A DNA stretch of 64,000 nt from Ascidiella aspersa. Lineage: Eukaryota. Under the pieces are notes generated by a model. That model was not told the origin of the DNA, ran no database searches, and was given only the letters and a program-made list of their open reading frames with translations. Location: NCBI GenBank assembly GCA_963924565.1, contig OZ004607.1, positions 35,836,001 to 35,900,000 on the forward strand, written 5' to 3'. The stretch's first letter is position 1. Each line of letters starts with the position of its first letter. Made by a program: the position numbers and the translations under genes. This document shows, piece by piece, positions 24,700-38,200 of this stretch.

Positions 24700-24940
24700 A
24701 AGGTGTGTGTGTCAAACGTAACCAATCGTTAGGTGCCAACGGAAAACGTGACAAGATAAGAAATATAGCGTGAAAGGTGAGGTGCAACAGTGGAAAAGCG
24801 ATATAAAGTGAGTGAGAAAGAAAACGTGAAAAGAACAACAGTAGTACAAACGATAAAGCAAATAAACAATACCAACCGCAAACAATAATTGGTGCAACAT
24901 ATTCACCTATGACCAAACTGCAACTTGAGAAATTTGTACG
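24700..24940 (+). repeat. Unclassified dispersed repeat; second copy at ~58640-58830
   Basis: Shared GAAAACGTGA.AAGATAAGA...AAAGGTGAGGTGCA...AGTGAGAAAG. Confidence 0.6.
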
Positions 24941-27341
24941 AGATCCAAATGAAGTGGTATGTGGTTAAAAGAGGGAAATTTATCAATTATTATGAACAGT
25001 GCAAACCGAATATTTGAAAAAGAAGATATCTCCTCGCCCTAATGCACGTTAGTGACGACAATGACTTCGAATTGTAGCAAAACAGTTTATGAACAGAAGT
25101 CAACATTTCTTGAAATCGAAAGCTCGAATAATCGCAAGGAATTTTTTTAAGTGTATTCGGCTACCGTCAATTTAGTTTATCAAACGGCCTTAGAGGTAGC
25201 CCTGTGTTATATGCTTCTCAAACGTTATCGTTTAGTGAAAGTCCAAATATATTTGGATTAAGTTTTTAGATTTTCTCTGTGCTTTTTAAAGTTTTTTAAT
25301 GCGTATAATGCGATTTTTCAATTAAAGAAAAACAAATATTATAGTTGCCAAAGTTAGGTCAAGATGATCCAGTCAATACCTCAACTTAGAACAAAACAAC
25401 ATCAGAAACACCCGGAAAAAATCAAGGGCCGCGTAATTGTGATTTTTGAAGCAACTCAGCGGCACAACTTTCGTAATCTGATCAAAAACCTCGCGTATCG
25501 AATCCAACGACTGACAACGACCTGCAATTTGTTGGGCAGATAAGCAGGCGAACCAGTACCGTCATAATACACAAACAAGGCGCACACGACCGGCGTTGAC
25601 CCGCAATCGGAAAACGCGGCGAAGTCCACTTTTAATCACTCGCTGGAAAAAGCGCACGAATTTCCGAATCAGATGCGAATCAAAGCTTACTTGAAGCTGG
25701 AAAGACAGGCGCCAAACAAGATGCAAATCGGTCGATGCTTGGCCCGAAAAAGGCCCGGGCATCGCAGCAGCCTTTGCACAGGCTCGCAAAAGTTCCAGTT
25801 CGAATGGAAAGATGTCTGTCGGTGATGCTAACGCCATCGCCAAATTAGCAGCTCATTTCCGTCCCAAGTGGGCCTCGGCAATCACCGAACGCGCTTTTCC
25901 TTGGACAATCTGCTCTTATTATGCTTGTTTTTCGTTCTAGAGCTTGATTGAGCGAGGTCATCATCAAAGTCAACGGGTTCAGATAGGGCTTTTCCGAATG
26001 ACACATTGGACAAATGCATGTCAGTTCACGTCGCTCCTAGACCATACTGCTTATGGCGATTTCGGGTGCTTTAGGCCCTTGCTTCCTATAACCTTTTTCA
26101 GTTCCCGGCCCACTTTTAATACAAGTTTTATTGTGCTACCCACAATGAGATATGACCAAACAAATAAAGTAACATAAACCTGCATCTTTACTACTGATGT
26201 ACGTACTGAAATACTTAATATTTGTTACATTGCGCATAAGTGTTATGTAATGATAATGCAATTATTTCCCAATCTAATAGAAAACTGTAGTATTTAGAAA
26301 TAGTTTCGCGACCCACTGGTTGGGAAGCACTGCGTTAGGCCAAGGGGTTACACAGCTTTTTATGGTTGGGACGGATTACTGGTGGAATGCAACTAAGGTG
26401 CGCTATTAGTGTTACATCAATTTTAGGAGCTCTACTGAACGATCAGTCGGATACCAAGACATATTTGGTTAACACATCACATTAGTAACTCGAATTTTAT
26501 AGTTATATTTATTTAGTTTTTATCAAATCAGTATAGAGCCTATTTTCACACAGCAGTAAAGGAATTTCCTAAGCGGTAAAACAGCCAAAAAATTTAATGT
26601 TTGCAAAAACGTTTGAAAGTTCAAATGCCATAGTTACTTATTGTCCGGGTACTAATTTTTGGTTATAGATAATTCTAACCCAACTTATTTCAACCTACGA
26701 ACTTCTAGAAGGCTCTGAATGTTTTGCGTAACATGTAAATAAAAGCGTATATCTATTGTCGTTCTATTAACACACTTTTAATTTTAATGAATGTTTATTG
26801 TTACGCTGAGGGGGGCGATGAACAAATGTACATCAAACTTAAACCGAACTACATTTTGTCGAATTAGATTTTGACAATTTTGATAAAAAAATATAATAAG
26901 TAGGCCTTGGTGAAAAACAATATGACAAGGAGGGCTTTGTGAGTTTGACATTTACGCCGTTTCCTGACTCATGAAAAGTATGTAAGTATACACAACTTTG
27001 CCAACGCCAATTAGAATGTCTGTTTTTTACTTTGTTACCCAAGATACGAATCACCCTTCAACTTCCATTATATCAGGCTACTAAAAGTGTATCGTGTGCT
27101 TAAGCAACTTACTAAAAAGCAACTTAACAATTACCTAACTATGGTCATCAGCGGATTTTCTAGTTTTTGCTAAAGGAAAGTGTAAAATATATAACATTAT
27201 TTTAACAATAATAAGTTACACCATTAAACATAAAACACTTGTACACGTTTTGGTACTAAAAAGCATACTCAGAGACTCAGAGTAGGTTAAAATGCGTACA
27301 ACGCGTGTTAAAAATATAAATGTAAAACACCTAAAGTATTT

Positions 27342-27606
27342 GGGTACACTATGCACGGCTCTGTAATGTAGCTTAATAATAAATTTCAAAGCCAAAAAGG
27401 TCGAGTAGATCGACAGCATCTTGATTAAGACGTTTAGATACGAACTTGTATCATCTTCAGTTAGTGTGACTGAAAAGCAAATCAAAGCTTCACTTATAAG
27501 ACGCTTTTCACTTATATCTGAAGATGATACAAGTTCGTATCGAAACGTCTTAATCAAGATGCTGTCGATCTACTCGACCTTTTTGGCTTTGAAATTTATT
27601 ATTAAG
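27342..27606. mobile_element. Penelope-like family B inverted-pLTR insertion (92-bp arms) carrying two hammerhead cores
   Basis: Arms 27369-27460 and 27518-27609 differ at one base; 11-bp TSD CTAAAGTATTT (27331-41, 27607-17); CTGAAGA-T-GATAC/GTATC-GAAAC-GTC at 27518-27549. Confidence 0.8.
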
Positions 27607-30600
27607 CTAAAGTATTTATTTTCGGCAAAAAACAGAAACGGTTAAGTTTTGTTTAACGAATATTGGTAAACGGTAGAGGATATTTGAAAGAGACATATTT
27701 CGTAAGTGTGAAACATCAGCAACTACAACTTAGCCTGTATATGTCAAGAACCCGCTCAAATTAGCCTATAGTCATCGTGCAAAGTGTAAGCCACAAAACT
27801 TGAGTTTCTCCCGTTCAGTTTGTAATCGGAATCTTACCAAGGCGAAAAAACAGGGGGCGGCAAGGGCAAACAAGCCCCTTTATTTGTGATGCCATCAATT
27901 TAAGGCGACCGGGGGCCATGGGGGGACGGCGCTTCGGGCCGCTTTCTCACGTGGTAGGGAGCCGTCGCTCAGGTAACCGGACCCGGCTGCAGCGCTCCGG
28001 ATTAAGACAAATCCAAAACAAAGAAGGGGCCTCACGATCAACTGACATCGGCAACAAATCATGGCGGCCCCCATTCGTGGGAAACGGGGCGATTGGGGGG
28101 CGCGTTTGCCCCTAGAAGGGGTCTCTGCTGTCACAAAGGTGGGGTAACGCGAGAGTTGCAGATAAGGCGGGTACACAACGCAGTTTTTTTAAGCCTTGCG
28201 TGTATGCGTTGTTGCGAGATCCCAAAGCCAAACGGTCGCGACTCATTTCGGTTTAAAGGCTCGCGCACACAAGCCCCGAGTATTGTCTTCTGCGCAAATG
28301 TGTGCTTTATTTTAAGCGGCGCAAACTTAACCGCCTCCACCTGTCTTCAGCTGTGACACCGCTGGGATAGTAGAACCGCAAAAAGCAAACGTGGCGTGCA
28401 TGATGCTTTAGGACAGTGGTTCCCAACCGGGCCGTTTTTCGCCATATATCTTCAAATTCTTTCGGATAGCATTTTTTTTATCCTTAAGCTTCTAAATATA
28501 CATATTATGTACTATTGGAATGCAACCAATCGCGAATATTTTCCTATACATATAGAACAGTTGATGTGTGCTGCTTTAATTTCGTTTACTTGATATTGTA
28601 CTAAATCACTAATAGCGAAAGAGACAAGGTTGCCGAAAACTATTTACGGTTTACACAGGATGTTGTAAGCCAAAAAGTTTGCGCATCACTTTATTTTAAA
28701 AATCTTTTTGAATTATCCCTTAAAAGCCAAGAAGCTATTAGGGTAAAGCAATGAAATTCGTTTCTCTTTCCATACAATTAACCGGGCAGGTTGGCACACT
28801 CTTGGGAAAAAGGTTTCATTCTTATTAGCTACCAAAACATCGCAAACAGCATCTGTCTTACTTTCCGTCTTTACCAATAATGGATAGGGCACTTAGCGGC
28901 TTAACCACTTTTTTCAAAACTTACCTCGTTTGCGTCAGCGCAACTGCACAGTTCGTTGGCCAACAAATTCGGACACACCAGAAAGCTTCTGCTGCTTTTT
29001 GTTAACTTGCTTTTAAGCGGATTTGCGGGCTAAAGGGTGTGTAAGTGTTAAACACAAGAAATATATATGAACATTGGCAGGTTTCAAACCCAAGTCCCAG
29101 TTGGCCCACTAAAGTATAAGCTTTAATTTCGAAAGATCACAGTTTGATTTAGGTTAACTCAAAACATATCAATGCTTTTTGTTCTTTATTACTTTGTGTA
29201 TTAGGTCGGGGTTAACGTCGGGCCAATGAAGCTGTAAACGGCCAGTTTTCTTTTCGCTTTCAAATAAATGTATTAGTATTATAAAAATTGGATTCATTAG
29301 GTATCCAGGGAGATTGCCAACTCAATATCGCTCAGATCCTTCATTTACATTTTAACCTCCATAAATGTAATAAACGTGGAATCCGGACAAAGTCAGAACT
29401 TACAATGAAAAAAATGAATTAAAATCAAAATCTGTCCTTGGTATCGAACAAACTGCCTTAAGGATTTTTTTTATTTTTTCCCAAAAAAGTGTTGTGTTCC
29501 AAAGTTTGGACGCCAAACTGTTTTAATGGAATTTGCGGCAACAACCATCCAACAGGGTTCTGCGGGAAAAGAGTCCCCCATGTCCCGCCAAGCCGCACTC
29601 GACAGCTGTCGATCTTCCGACATTCCAACGCGGGAACAAAGGGCGTCTCTCGGCGCCGCGAGCCGAGGCATTCCGAGCCGCGGCGGGCGACGATTGTGAT
29701 CGCGGTTTTAGAGCGTTCGGCGAGGTTTTTATTCAAACTGGAAGGAATGCAGACGCGAACTGATTTTCTGCGTTTGTCATCAGCGGGGCTCCAGGCCTTT
29801 TTGCATAAAAGTGTAGCCCAGTGTTTTGCAACCTTTTATGGCTTACGGCATCCCTCAAAAATAATAAATACATTTTAGGTAACTTGTCTGGAATTTTCGT
29901 TGAGTATTTTACTGAAAAGTCACTATAAATAGAACTGGAACAACACAAAAAAGACATGCAAGAAAATGTCATTTGATGTAAAGGCCTTTAATCGTAAATA
30001 AATAGTTGTATCAAGAAGCTTACAAATTTAGAAAGCGGATACTTAAAAATTCTCAAATACCTATCGGCAACCTTAAGCATTAGAAATGGCACACCAGGGC
30101 GCCGCGGCACCCCGGTTAAGAACCACTGGACTGAATCCCCTTGCCTGAACTGTATTAAATTAGGTACCAAATTACAATGTTGTAATTGCCAAGCTAATTT
30201 GATTATCATGTGACTTTAGTACACTATTTTGACTACGTAAAATTACTTAATTAGAAGTTTAACCTAAAATAGATGCCACAATCTATTAGGCTCAGATATA
30301 ATTATTCCGAATACACAATATTCAAATTTACAAAAGTTATGTATTTTGCAAAAGATTAGGGAGTTATGTTGATCAACGATCATCAATCAAAACGTTGCAA
30401 GATCATTTAGCTGAAATATAGTAGCCTACCCATTACGTCAAAAACAATACACAAGGTTGCACAAGCGATTTTGTAATACAGTGCTTCCTTTCTTTGCGAT
30501 AACTGTGTCGGTCATGCGGTTTATTGATAAGTTGGCTTTGAGCATTAACACACCCATATCGTGACGCAAGCGAAAACATGTTTTTTAACAACTATACTTG

Positions 30601-30611
30601 TTCTTTTACAT

Positions 30612-30914
30612 CAGGGTTCCAAAGTTGGGGGTCGCGATAAGTTTCCAGGGGGATGTCGTCGTGTACTATTTGTCGACGAAAAATTGTCAAGAAACAGAAC
30701 AACACAAAGAAATGCGCAGTGTTAGGAGTAAAAGAATACGCCAGTCTGAGAATTAAGTGAACGAAATTTGCATTAGTGAGCTTTTAGTGTTTTTTAGTTA
30801 CCTTCACTTTTAACCAATAGAATAAGAATTGGGTTTGTCTTTTGAAAACTGGCAAGTATAGGTTTCTGAAACTGGCAAAGAGGGTCGCGACAACTAAAAG
30901 GTGGAAACCAACTG
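30612..30914. mobile_element. hAT (Charlie-like) MITE; related CAGTGGTTCYCAA-type termini at ~7427, 23245, 26330, 28413, 29819-30128, 56355-56804, 62448
   Basis: CAGGGTTCCAAA...GGAAACCAACTG ends with GGGTCGCGA motifs; degenerate TSD TTTTACAT/CTTTACAC. Confidence 0.6.
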
Positions 30915-33674
30915 CTTTACACTCAAAATTACGAAAATGGATATATTAACAGCTAAAAATCTGTAAAGTTTTTAAACGGCTTTAAAAGTTTTTAAACGGC
31001 TTTACAGAAAGCACTTTATTTCACGAAAGGTTTAAGCTCTTAAAATTCTAAAACAACTAAAGAGAAATGAAAATTTATCTCGGCTAATGTGTCTCGAGTA
31101 CAAAAGTGTTATAAACCAGCCAAAGAAAAAGCACAGCGGTCTAATACACAAAGCATCCACTGTCTGAAAAATCCCCGAACGTTTCGGCTCAGTCAGTAGG
31201 CACAAGGACTCAACCGCAAATGTCACGTGATCCACCTTCTCCGTCACCACTGTTGGTTAAGTACGTCACGACGTGGTGAACTTTTAAACTTTCGAGATCG
31301 TGATTGACGTGTTTCGTGTTTACCGATGCCAATTTTTTCAAAAACGTTCTTCGAGGTGTGCAACGAAAGGGTAAAAAAAGATTTCTGGGTTAAAACTTGT
31401 TACAGCGACGGTTTTGTTATGGCCGAGCTCGTACGTTCGAACCTTAACCTGGCTATAGGCTTGTTTTGCCTAAAATATGCGGAAAGCTCCAATAGGCTCA
31501 TAAACCGGAAAGGAAGCTTTTATCGTTGGTCAGTAAAACTTCTGAAGACCAGATCATAGTTGTACACAGTTGTGTATGAACATGTCACTAGGCCCATGGG
31601 TTTTAGGGATTAAATCGATGTTACCGCATCGTTAAGCCAAAACGTAACTTGTTTCCAAAAAAATCTTAAAAAATTCCTTAGAACAGATTATTAAAACAAC
31701 ATTTTCTGATCAATGCAACGGGAACTGTGGCTAATCGCAATAAGTCAGCCTATGAAGGATTTACGGAGTTGAACTAGATGAGGCAGACAAACAGAGATTC
31801 GAACTCAGGAACTTAAACATATAGCAAAAGCGATTGGCTATTCCATACGAGCTGTTCCGTTTTTTTGTCCCAGTAGGTCGAGAAACAGCAAGCAATTATA
31901 TTTGCTACTCGACATCAAAAGTTCAACTTCGTTGAAAATCACTGTTATACACATACACACAGAATTTTTTAGCCGCATTGCACTTAATTCCGCATACTTA
32001 AAATGAGGTAAGGCAACATTAAATTAAATAGAATCCATCGATGCCATCGGGGTAATGTTTCCAAAAAAGTATTTTACTAAACGAAAGATTTTATTAACTA
32101 AACAACGTTGAGCAAGTATTTTCTTAAAATAATGGGAAATTTACCCCTATTGGTTATTTTGGATAAAGTGATTTGGGTCTATTTACGCCTCCCTAAATAA
32201 AAGTCCCAGTTATATCCTACCGACACCCCATGCTACTACAACAATATAACGTCAATAAAAGTAAAATTTTATAGGGAAAATTTCGGGGCCATTTGCTCAT
32301 AATCTAACGGTGTTACTACAACAATATAACGCCAATAAATGTGATTGAGTAATAAAATTTTTTAGGGGATAATACGGGGCGTTTTGTTACAGAATCTAAC
32401 GCGGTTTTGACAAAACGCTGTTTCTAACATATCCCGTATATTGCGCAATATCCGGCAACAGAGTGCTGCGCGCGCACCGATTCATCACTATAGGAGGTCG
32501 CTGGGGTTCAGTGGAAATCCCCATTCACAAAATTGTTGTACTGCATGATGTCCACGGACCACGGTTACCCTTTTTGTCGTACTATTCGCCTAGTTTATCA
32601 CCTCTTTTCCTCCATTATTCGCATCTTTATTGATGCACCTTGGCTACAATGTAAGACGCAATGGTCCAGTGGAGATAGCTTTATCGTTCTGGTCACTTCT
32701 GCGGGACTGGATTAACCATTAAGCAAACGGGTTTGCCAGGGAATGAGGGGATCATAAACAATTGTCGAATTTACATTATATGTGCTCTATACCCTTAACA
32801 TTTTAGGATAACGTATTTAAGACAAAATAAGCTCAAATTGAAAATAAATACAAATGTTTTTTAAAAATAGCATCTATAGTTGTTATATAGTTAAGTTTTG
32901 TTTTTATTTTGCGTTTACTCATTTAATATTTTTGAATTACACATATATTGGGTGTACCACAATTTGTGCTTAGGGCAAATAATAGGGTTAATCCGTCTTG
33001 TTCTGCTGTATATATGTGTGAAAAGACACACAATTTTGATGCATGTACGGTTAGTAACAGGAAAGTTTACTAAACTTATCATCCCCAACTGTGTTTCTTT
33101 TACGATTTATGTTTAAAAGTCATGAAAAGATTAACAATTGCATGATCGCAATATACGCCCATGAAGTATACACTAAGTATGAAAAGAGCTTAATCAGTAC
33201 ATAACATTTCTAGAACATGTGGGACAAACTTAAGACCCAACAATAAATAGGAGATTTTCTGTTTTTCACGCTATACCTTGAAAACCACGCTATACCGTTT
33301 TGAACCTACGACGTTGCCGGAATAATTTCTTCAGCGAACATACAGCGTTGCCGATACTTTTAGGTTCGTGCTAAGAGAAGTGACTTTTTAAATGTTTAGC
33401 ATATATTGAGATATAGACTGCAAACAAACATGCGGCATTTAAAGCATTTTTACAGCCCATGGCTCAACATGGGATAGACCGTACGACATATTAGTCCCTT
33501 TTCGGTCCATACCCTAAAAAGGTTTACAAGGGTACGACATTTCGGTCAATTTTCAGTCAATGGTCTAAAAAAGGGTTACGAGCCCACGACATTTTCGGTC
33601 CCTTTCAAGTCTATGCGGCATAAAAAAGGTTAACCGGTCCACAACAGACAACAGTCGCGATTCAAGAGACATCT

Positions 33675-34058
33675 CGTCACCGCAAAAACGGCATCCCCTG
33701 CTACAAGTATCCGTCGGTCGGTTTGTTAAGATCCTCATAGCAAGGTTGGCTGCTTGAGAGTGTCCTGAATGTCCTTTATGACAAGGTTGGCTGCTTTGAG
33801 AGTGTCCTCGTATGCAACACAGGTGAAGCACTCGTGATGCAACTAGATCTTGCTTGGCTTTGGGTCGAGGGCCTTTCTAGCCCACTCGCTTAAATCGAGT
33901 GGCTATTGGGCGGTGTTGTTCTGTTGGGGGTCGGACAAGGGGATATTGTTGTCAAGCCCCCCTTTGGGTATGTAAGAATCGAAAATGGAATCGGCGGGAA
34001 CTTTCAGCGACTCCGCAGCGCCACTAGTGGATACCGAGGTGCTCTTTTTGCCGTGACG
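33675..34058. mobile_element. GC-rich MITE-like element; diverged shorter copy at ~35164-35448
   Basis: TIRs CGTCACCGCAAAAA.GGCATC and GGTGCTCTTTTTGCCGTGACG; both copies share TGCAACTAGA and GCGGTGTTGTTCT. Confidence 0.55.
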
Positions 34059-34367
34059 CAGCGATTTTCGTCCATACATGGGAGTTAGTATTATTAATTC
34101 AATGTTTAATTTTTTATGTATGTTGTTTCAATATATTCAAAGAAAGACAAGGAGATTGTCATACCAGATCAGTATTAATAATTCAATAAATGCAAATCAT
34201 TGATAAAACACAGTAAGATTGTTTACTGTTTTCATTCCGTGCTAAGGGAGTCGATAAACAATATTTATTGTAGCAATGCAAACAATTAAGTTTAAATTGT
34301 TGTTCTAGCAATCTAGTCATTCTAATGCCTTTCAGCACTAAAACAACAATAAAAAACAACTCCCAAT

Positions 34368-34557
34368 TGTAATAAGAATATCAAAGCCCACACAGAAGTA
34401 GGTTTCATTTTGAACGTTTCTTAGAACTCTTTATTCATTGAAAAATTCGAAACGTTTATCATTTTGAACGTTTAAATTTTTAACTGAAAAGAGTTATTCA
34501 AAACGTACTTCTGTATAGGCTTTGATATTCTTATTACGTCTTACTACAACCTCCAAC
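34368..34557. mobile_element. Inverted-repeat remnant of family D (same as 52710-53160), probably PLE-derived
   Basis: GTAATAAGAATATCAAAGCC..CAGAAGTA and TACTTCTG..GGCTTTGATATTCTTATTAC arms. Confidence 0.6.
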
Positions 34558-37500
34558 GGTTATGCCTCAAACTCTCAATTGCGTTTGCTGTCAAAGCTTC
34601 CTGTGTTTTGATGTAGGACGCCAAATCGTTCTTCCGCAGATACCTGGAAATGTTTTGCTTTATATTTCCCAGTGTTTGTTTCACAGCTGTTTTTCTTCAC
34701 GAAACAGAACTCCCTATAAAGCTTGACTTGGAAATTGAGTTGTTTTTCAGAAATTCATGCAAAACCGTTTGAAGGCTTTCTCTGAAGAATCCAGATTTTG
34801 AATTGGAACATAAAAATAAAAAAGCCAGAATACGATAAAATTGACCTATTTAATCGACCGTTTCAATGAGTTAAAATGTAAGTTACATCATCCGTGTAAA
34901 ACGAAACGATGACAGCATTTATTTCGAAATGTTTAAAAACAGAAGAATATGTCGATTATAACGCATGTTCTGGCTTTCACATTTTTGTGGAAGTTGATTG
35001 GAATATCTGTGTATTTTGTTCCGCAGTATAGCAAAAGTTGTGTAAAAAATAAAAGTCATGATGTTAAAGTAAAAAAGTCATTGTCTTTTAAAAACTTGCA
35101 CTTATGAAAAAGGGTCACAGTCTCTGTTTTAGGACCCACATTCATGACCGACAAAATAGCATTACGTCACCTCATAACCGTCACTCTCCGCAACAAGATT
35201 CCTTGAGAGCCAGGTTGTCAAGAATGTCCTGAATACTTGGCATGCAAAACAAGAGACGCACTTGAGGTGCAACTAGACCTCGTACGACGTATGGCCAAGA
35301 GCCGTCATAATCCACTCAATTATATCCAATGGCCCTTAAGCGGTGTTGTTCTAGGAGGGGGAGGGAGGGTCGAGGAGGGCGGCATTGTTGCCAAAGCGCG
35401 ACTTTCGATTGTACCCTTGACACCGCGCGCGACTCTTGACGGTGACGCGTGATCCAAATTGCAACCTTTTGTCTTTTCTCTGTTGAGCGATTTGTGTCAT
35501 TTAGTAGAAACGCGATCTTACTTTTATAATACATGTTAGGAATATATTCCATTTCGGACCGCCGCACCAATTCGGGGCACTCAGGGCCAATCTGGTACAC
35601 ATAAAACCAATTAGGCCGATTTGGTGCCAATTTGGTGCCGATTTTTATAATATAGGATATGTTCTTGGTTTCTCTCGCGCATTCATTTATGTGCTGACAA
35701 CAGTTCCTTTTGACTTAAAACAGCAATGCAATGAGCATAGGTCCTGCTTTTACGTGGTGTGTTACCAGAAAGTGTTACTTTAAACAACAACAGAATGAAG
35801 AAATAAAATACTCGGAATCTGCGATCGTTTTAGCCCGGCTATAGAATTCTCAACATAACCACATATAACAACACCAGTTAAAAAACACACAGCTATTTAG
35901 TTGCAAACTTGAAAGCTGTAGCCAATCTGGTACACATGGGAACAGTTAGGCTGACAGTATCTATTTGGACGACTTTGGGCAATTCGGAAACAACATGTGC
36001 CTGTAAGGAGAAAAATATGGTAACGGTGAAGAGAACTTCCTAAACTGGAGTCCATGGACCCCTTGGGGGTAAGGGTATTAGTTTTAGGGGGTCCATAAAC
36101 GCCTAATTGAACTATTAGTTTATATTTGAAGAGAAATCAGTTTTTCGAAGAAAAGTGTTAAATTAAAAATAAAAAGTTTTTGTACTAAATGTATTAAGAC
36201 TCCATTGCGCTTTCACATTTTTTTGGCCGGAAACAACTGATTTTTAAAGTCGATTTGTATTGTGACACCAATTTATGACGTCATCTCTGAAATACCTTGC
36301 CTACATTGGTCCACGCAAAACCAATTTGAACCCAGTTCTCTTCAGCGCTACCATATTCTTTTGCAACTAAGCCCATTGTAACTGTAACTAAATTGGCAAA
36401 ACGTTGTTTTGATCTGATTATTTAAATAAGTATTATTAGCAGTATCAACAATACCTTTGCTATTATTTATCAAAATGCAACGTTGTCTTCACCTTCTGCT
36501 CTATTCTAATATGTTTTTTATTGATCGTAGTAGCTGCAATGTGGACGTTCAAAGTTTAAAAAAACACTAACGTTTATTTGCACGTTAAAATCTATTCGTT
36601 CCTAAACTGCAAAATCAACCAAAAAATATTATTTCATCTTAAGATTGACAGCTCAAATATACTTTGATAAACATTTTTTTTATTTGCACAATAAAAACAC
36701 GAAGCGTTTCAAAAAGTGTGTAGCAGAACTTCAAACCGAATTTATTCCACGCAAGTAAAAATGTAAATGATTGCTTTGTTCAACCGACGGCAGTGACCCA
36801 CAATATCACATCAAAACAACGATTAGAACAACGAGTAGTGCAAACAATTAGATTTTGAGAAAGTTTATCCAAAATAAAAACCATGTAAAAAAAACTCATT
36901 CGCATAACACAGTGCTTCCTAAACCTCGGGTCGTGGTTTGATTTGGTTTGGTCGGCGTTTGCAATGGTTTAAGTAGTCAGATTTATTATGGAAAGCAGCA
37001 AGATTGCTTCACAACTGGACATGTAAACAATTTAGTGAATAGTCACGATGTCCGATACTATCGGATCGGAGCCGATACACGATTCTAGGTGGTAGTATCG
37101 GTACTTGTCCGATACTAGGGTGGTATCGGTGCCAATCCGATAAGAATTTTTAATCACAAAACATAATTTAAAAAAAAATAGCCTTGGACTCAAGGGTTGA
37201 TTACTGGGATGTATTCAGTTCTTCAGATTCAACTTATGACGTTTACCAGTTATTACATTGCATTTGCTCCCAATAACAGCTTTACATATGTTGGCATCTT
37301 ATTTATTGGTGATATTTTCTTTCGTATTGCAAATTTTGCCCAACAATTATTGAAACAACGTCAACAAGAAGAAACTAAACTTCTGAATGCTAAAGCAAAT
37401 TTTGGCCGAATAAAAAAAATAATATTACTTTAAATCTTTAAATTGGTCTATTTTTCTCGTTTGAGCATGGTGATGACGTTATGTGGCATCAGATCGGGTA

Positions 37501-37879
37501 ACCCTGTTAAAAATAGTTACAATGATTAAATTTTTTTGTTTTAATGAATTTTTAGTTACAATGAATAAATGAATAAATTTGTCTGAAAAATGAATAAATT
37601 TGTCTGACAAAACACAAAAATAACGTTTAAAAAACGTTTGGATATACTGTACATATTCGGTAATTTGACGTTTAGAAGCATGTATATCAAGATTTATAAT
37701 CTTTCGCTTACGATACTTCAGGTTTGGGGTGCTGAAGAATATATAACACGTATTATGTTAACGACGTATAGGCGTCGAAACTTATGCACTGCGTATAGAT
37801 AGAAGAAGGTATTTACAATATGTACAACGTTCCGCATTATGGCGCTGCATTACGACAGGAGTAAAAACTATAATACAAC

Positions 37880-38005
37880 CACTCGACAAAAAAGAAAAAA
37901 AAAACACTCGACAAAAAAGAAAAAAAACACTCGTCACAAAAAAAAAAAAACACTCGTCACAAAAAAAAAAAAAAAAAAAAAACTGAACAAAAAAAAACAC
38001 TCGAG
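37880..38005. repeat. A-rich tandem repeat (CACTCG[AC/TCAC]An), U-rich on the semaphorin strand
   Basis: Five CACTCG units separated by poly-A runs. Confidence 0.85.
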
Positions 38006-38200
38006 ACAGGAAAAGCGCGTGAAACAGTGTGACGGATACCGAGCCTGTACGACGATCACGAACACTTCGACAATATTATCGGTATAACACACTTGAAGCT
38101 GAACAATACACAAAGCAAAACGACCCAGACAATATACGGGGACACAAAGGAACAGGAAATTTAATTAAACGGCTGATCACTTCGAGGTCGCAAATATAAG

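Noticed and set aside
25562-25843. 93-aa ORF, and similar ORFs in GC-rich patches (1821, 10588, 18653, 27895, 29489)
   Set aside because: Mostly non-ATG starts, no recognisable domains and no phase-consistent exon chain; better explained as CpG-rich non-coding DNA.
27216-27645. Two overlapping ORFs with the same N-terminus (MIKTFRYELVSSS) on opposite strands
   Set aside because: Artefact of the 92-bp inverted repeat.
34017-34031. CTCF site (GCGCCACTAGTGGA)
   Set aside because: One nucleotide short of the CCASYAGRKGGCR spacing and located inside a MITE-like element.
37782-38087. Lys-rich and Phe-rich ORFs
   Set aside because: Translations of the poly-A tandem repeat.
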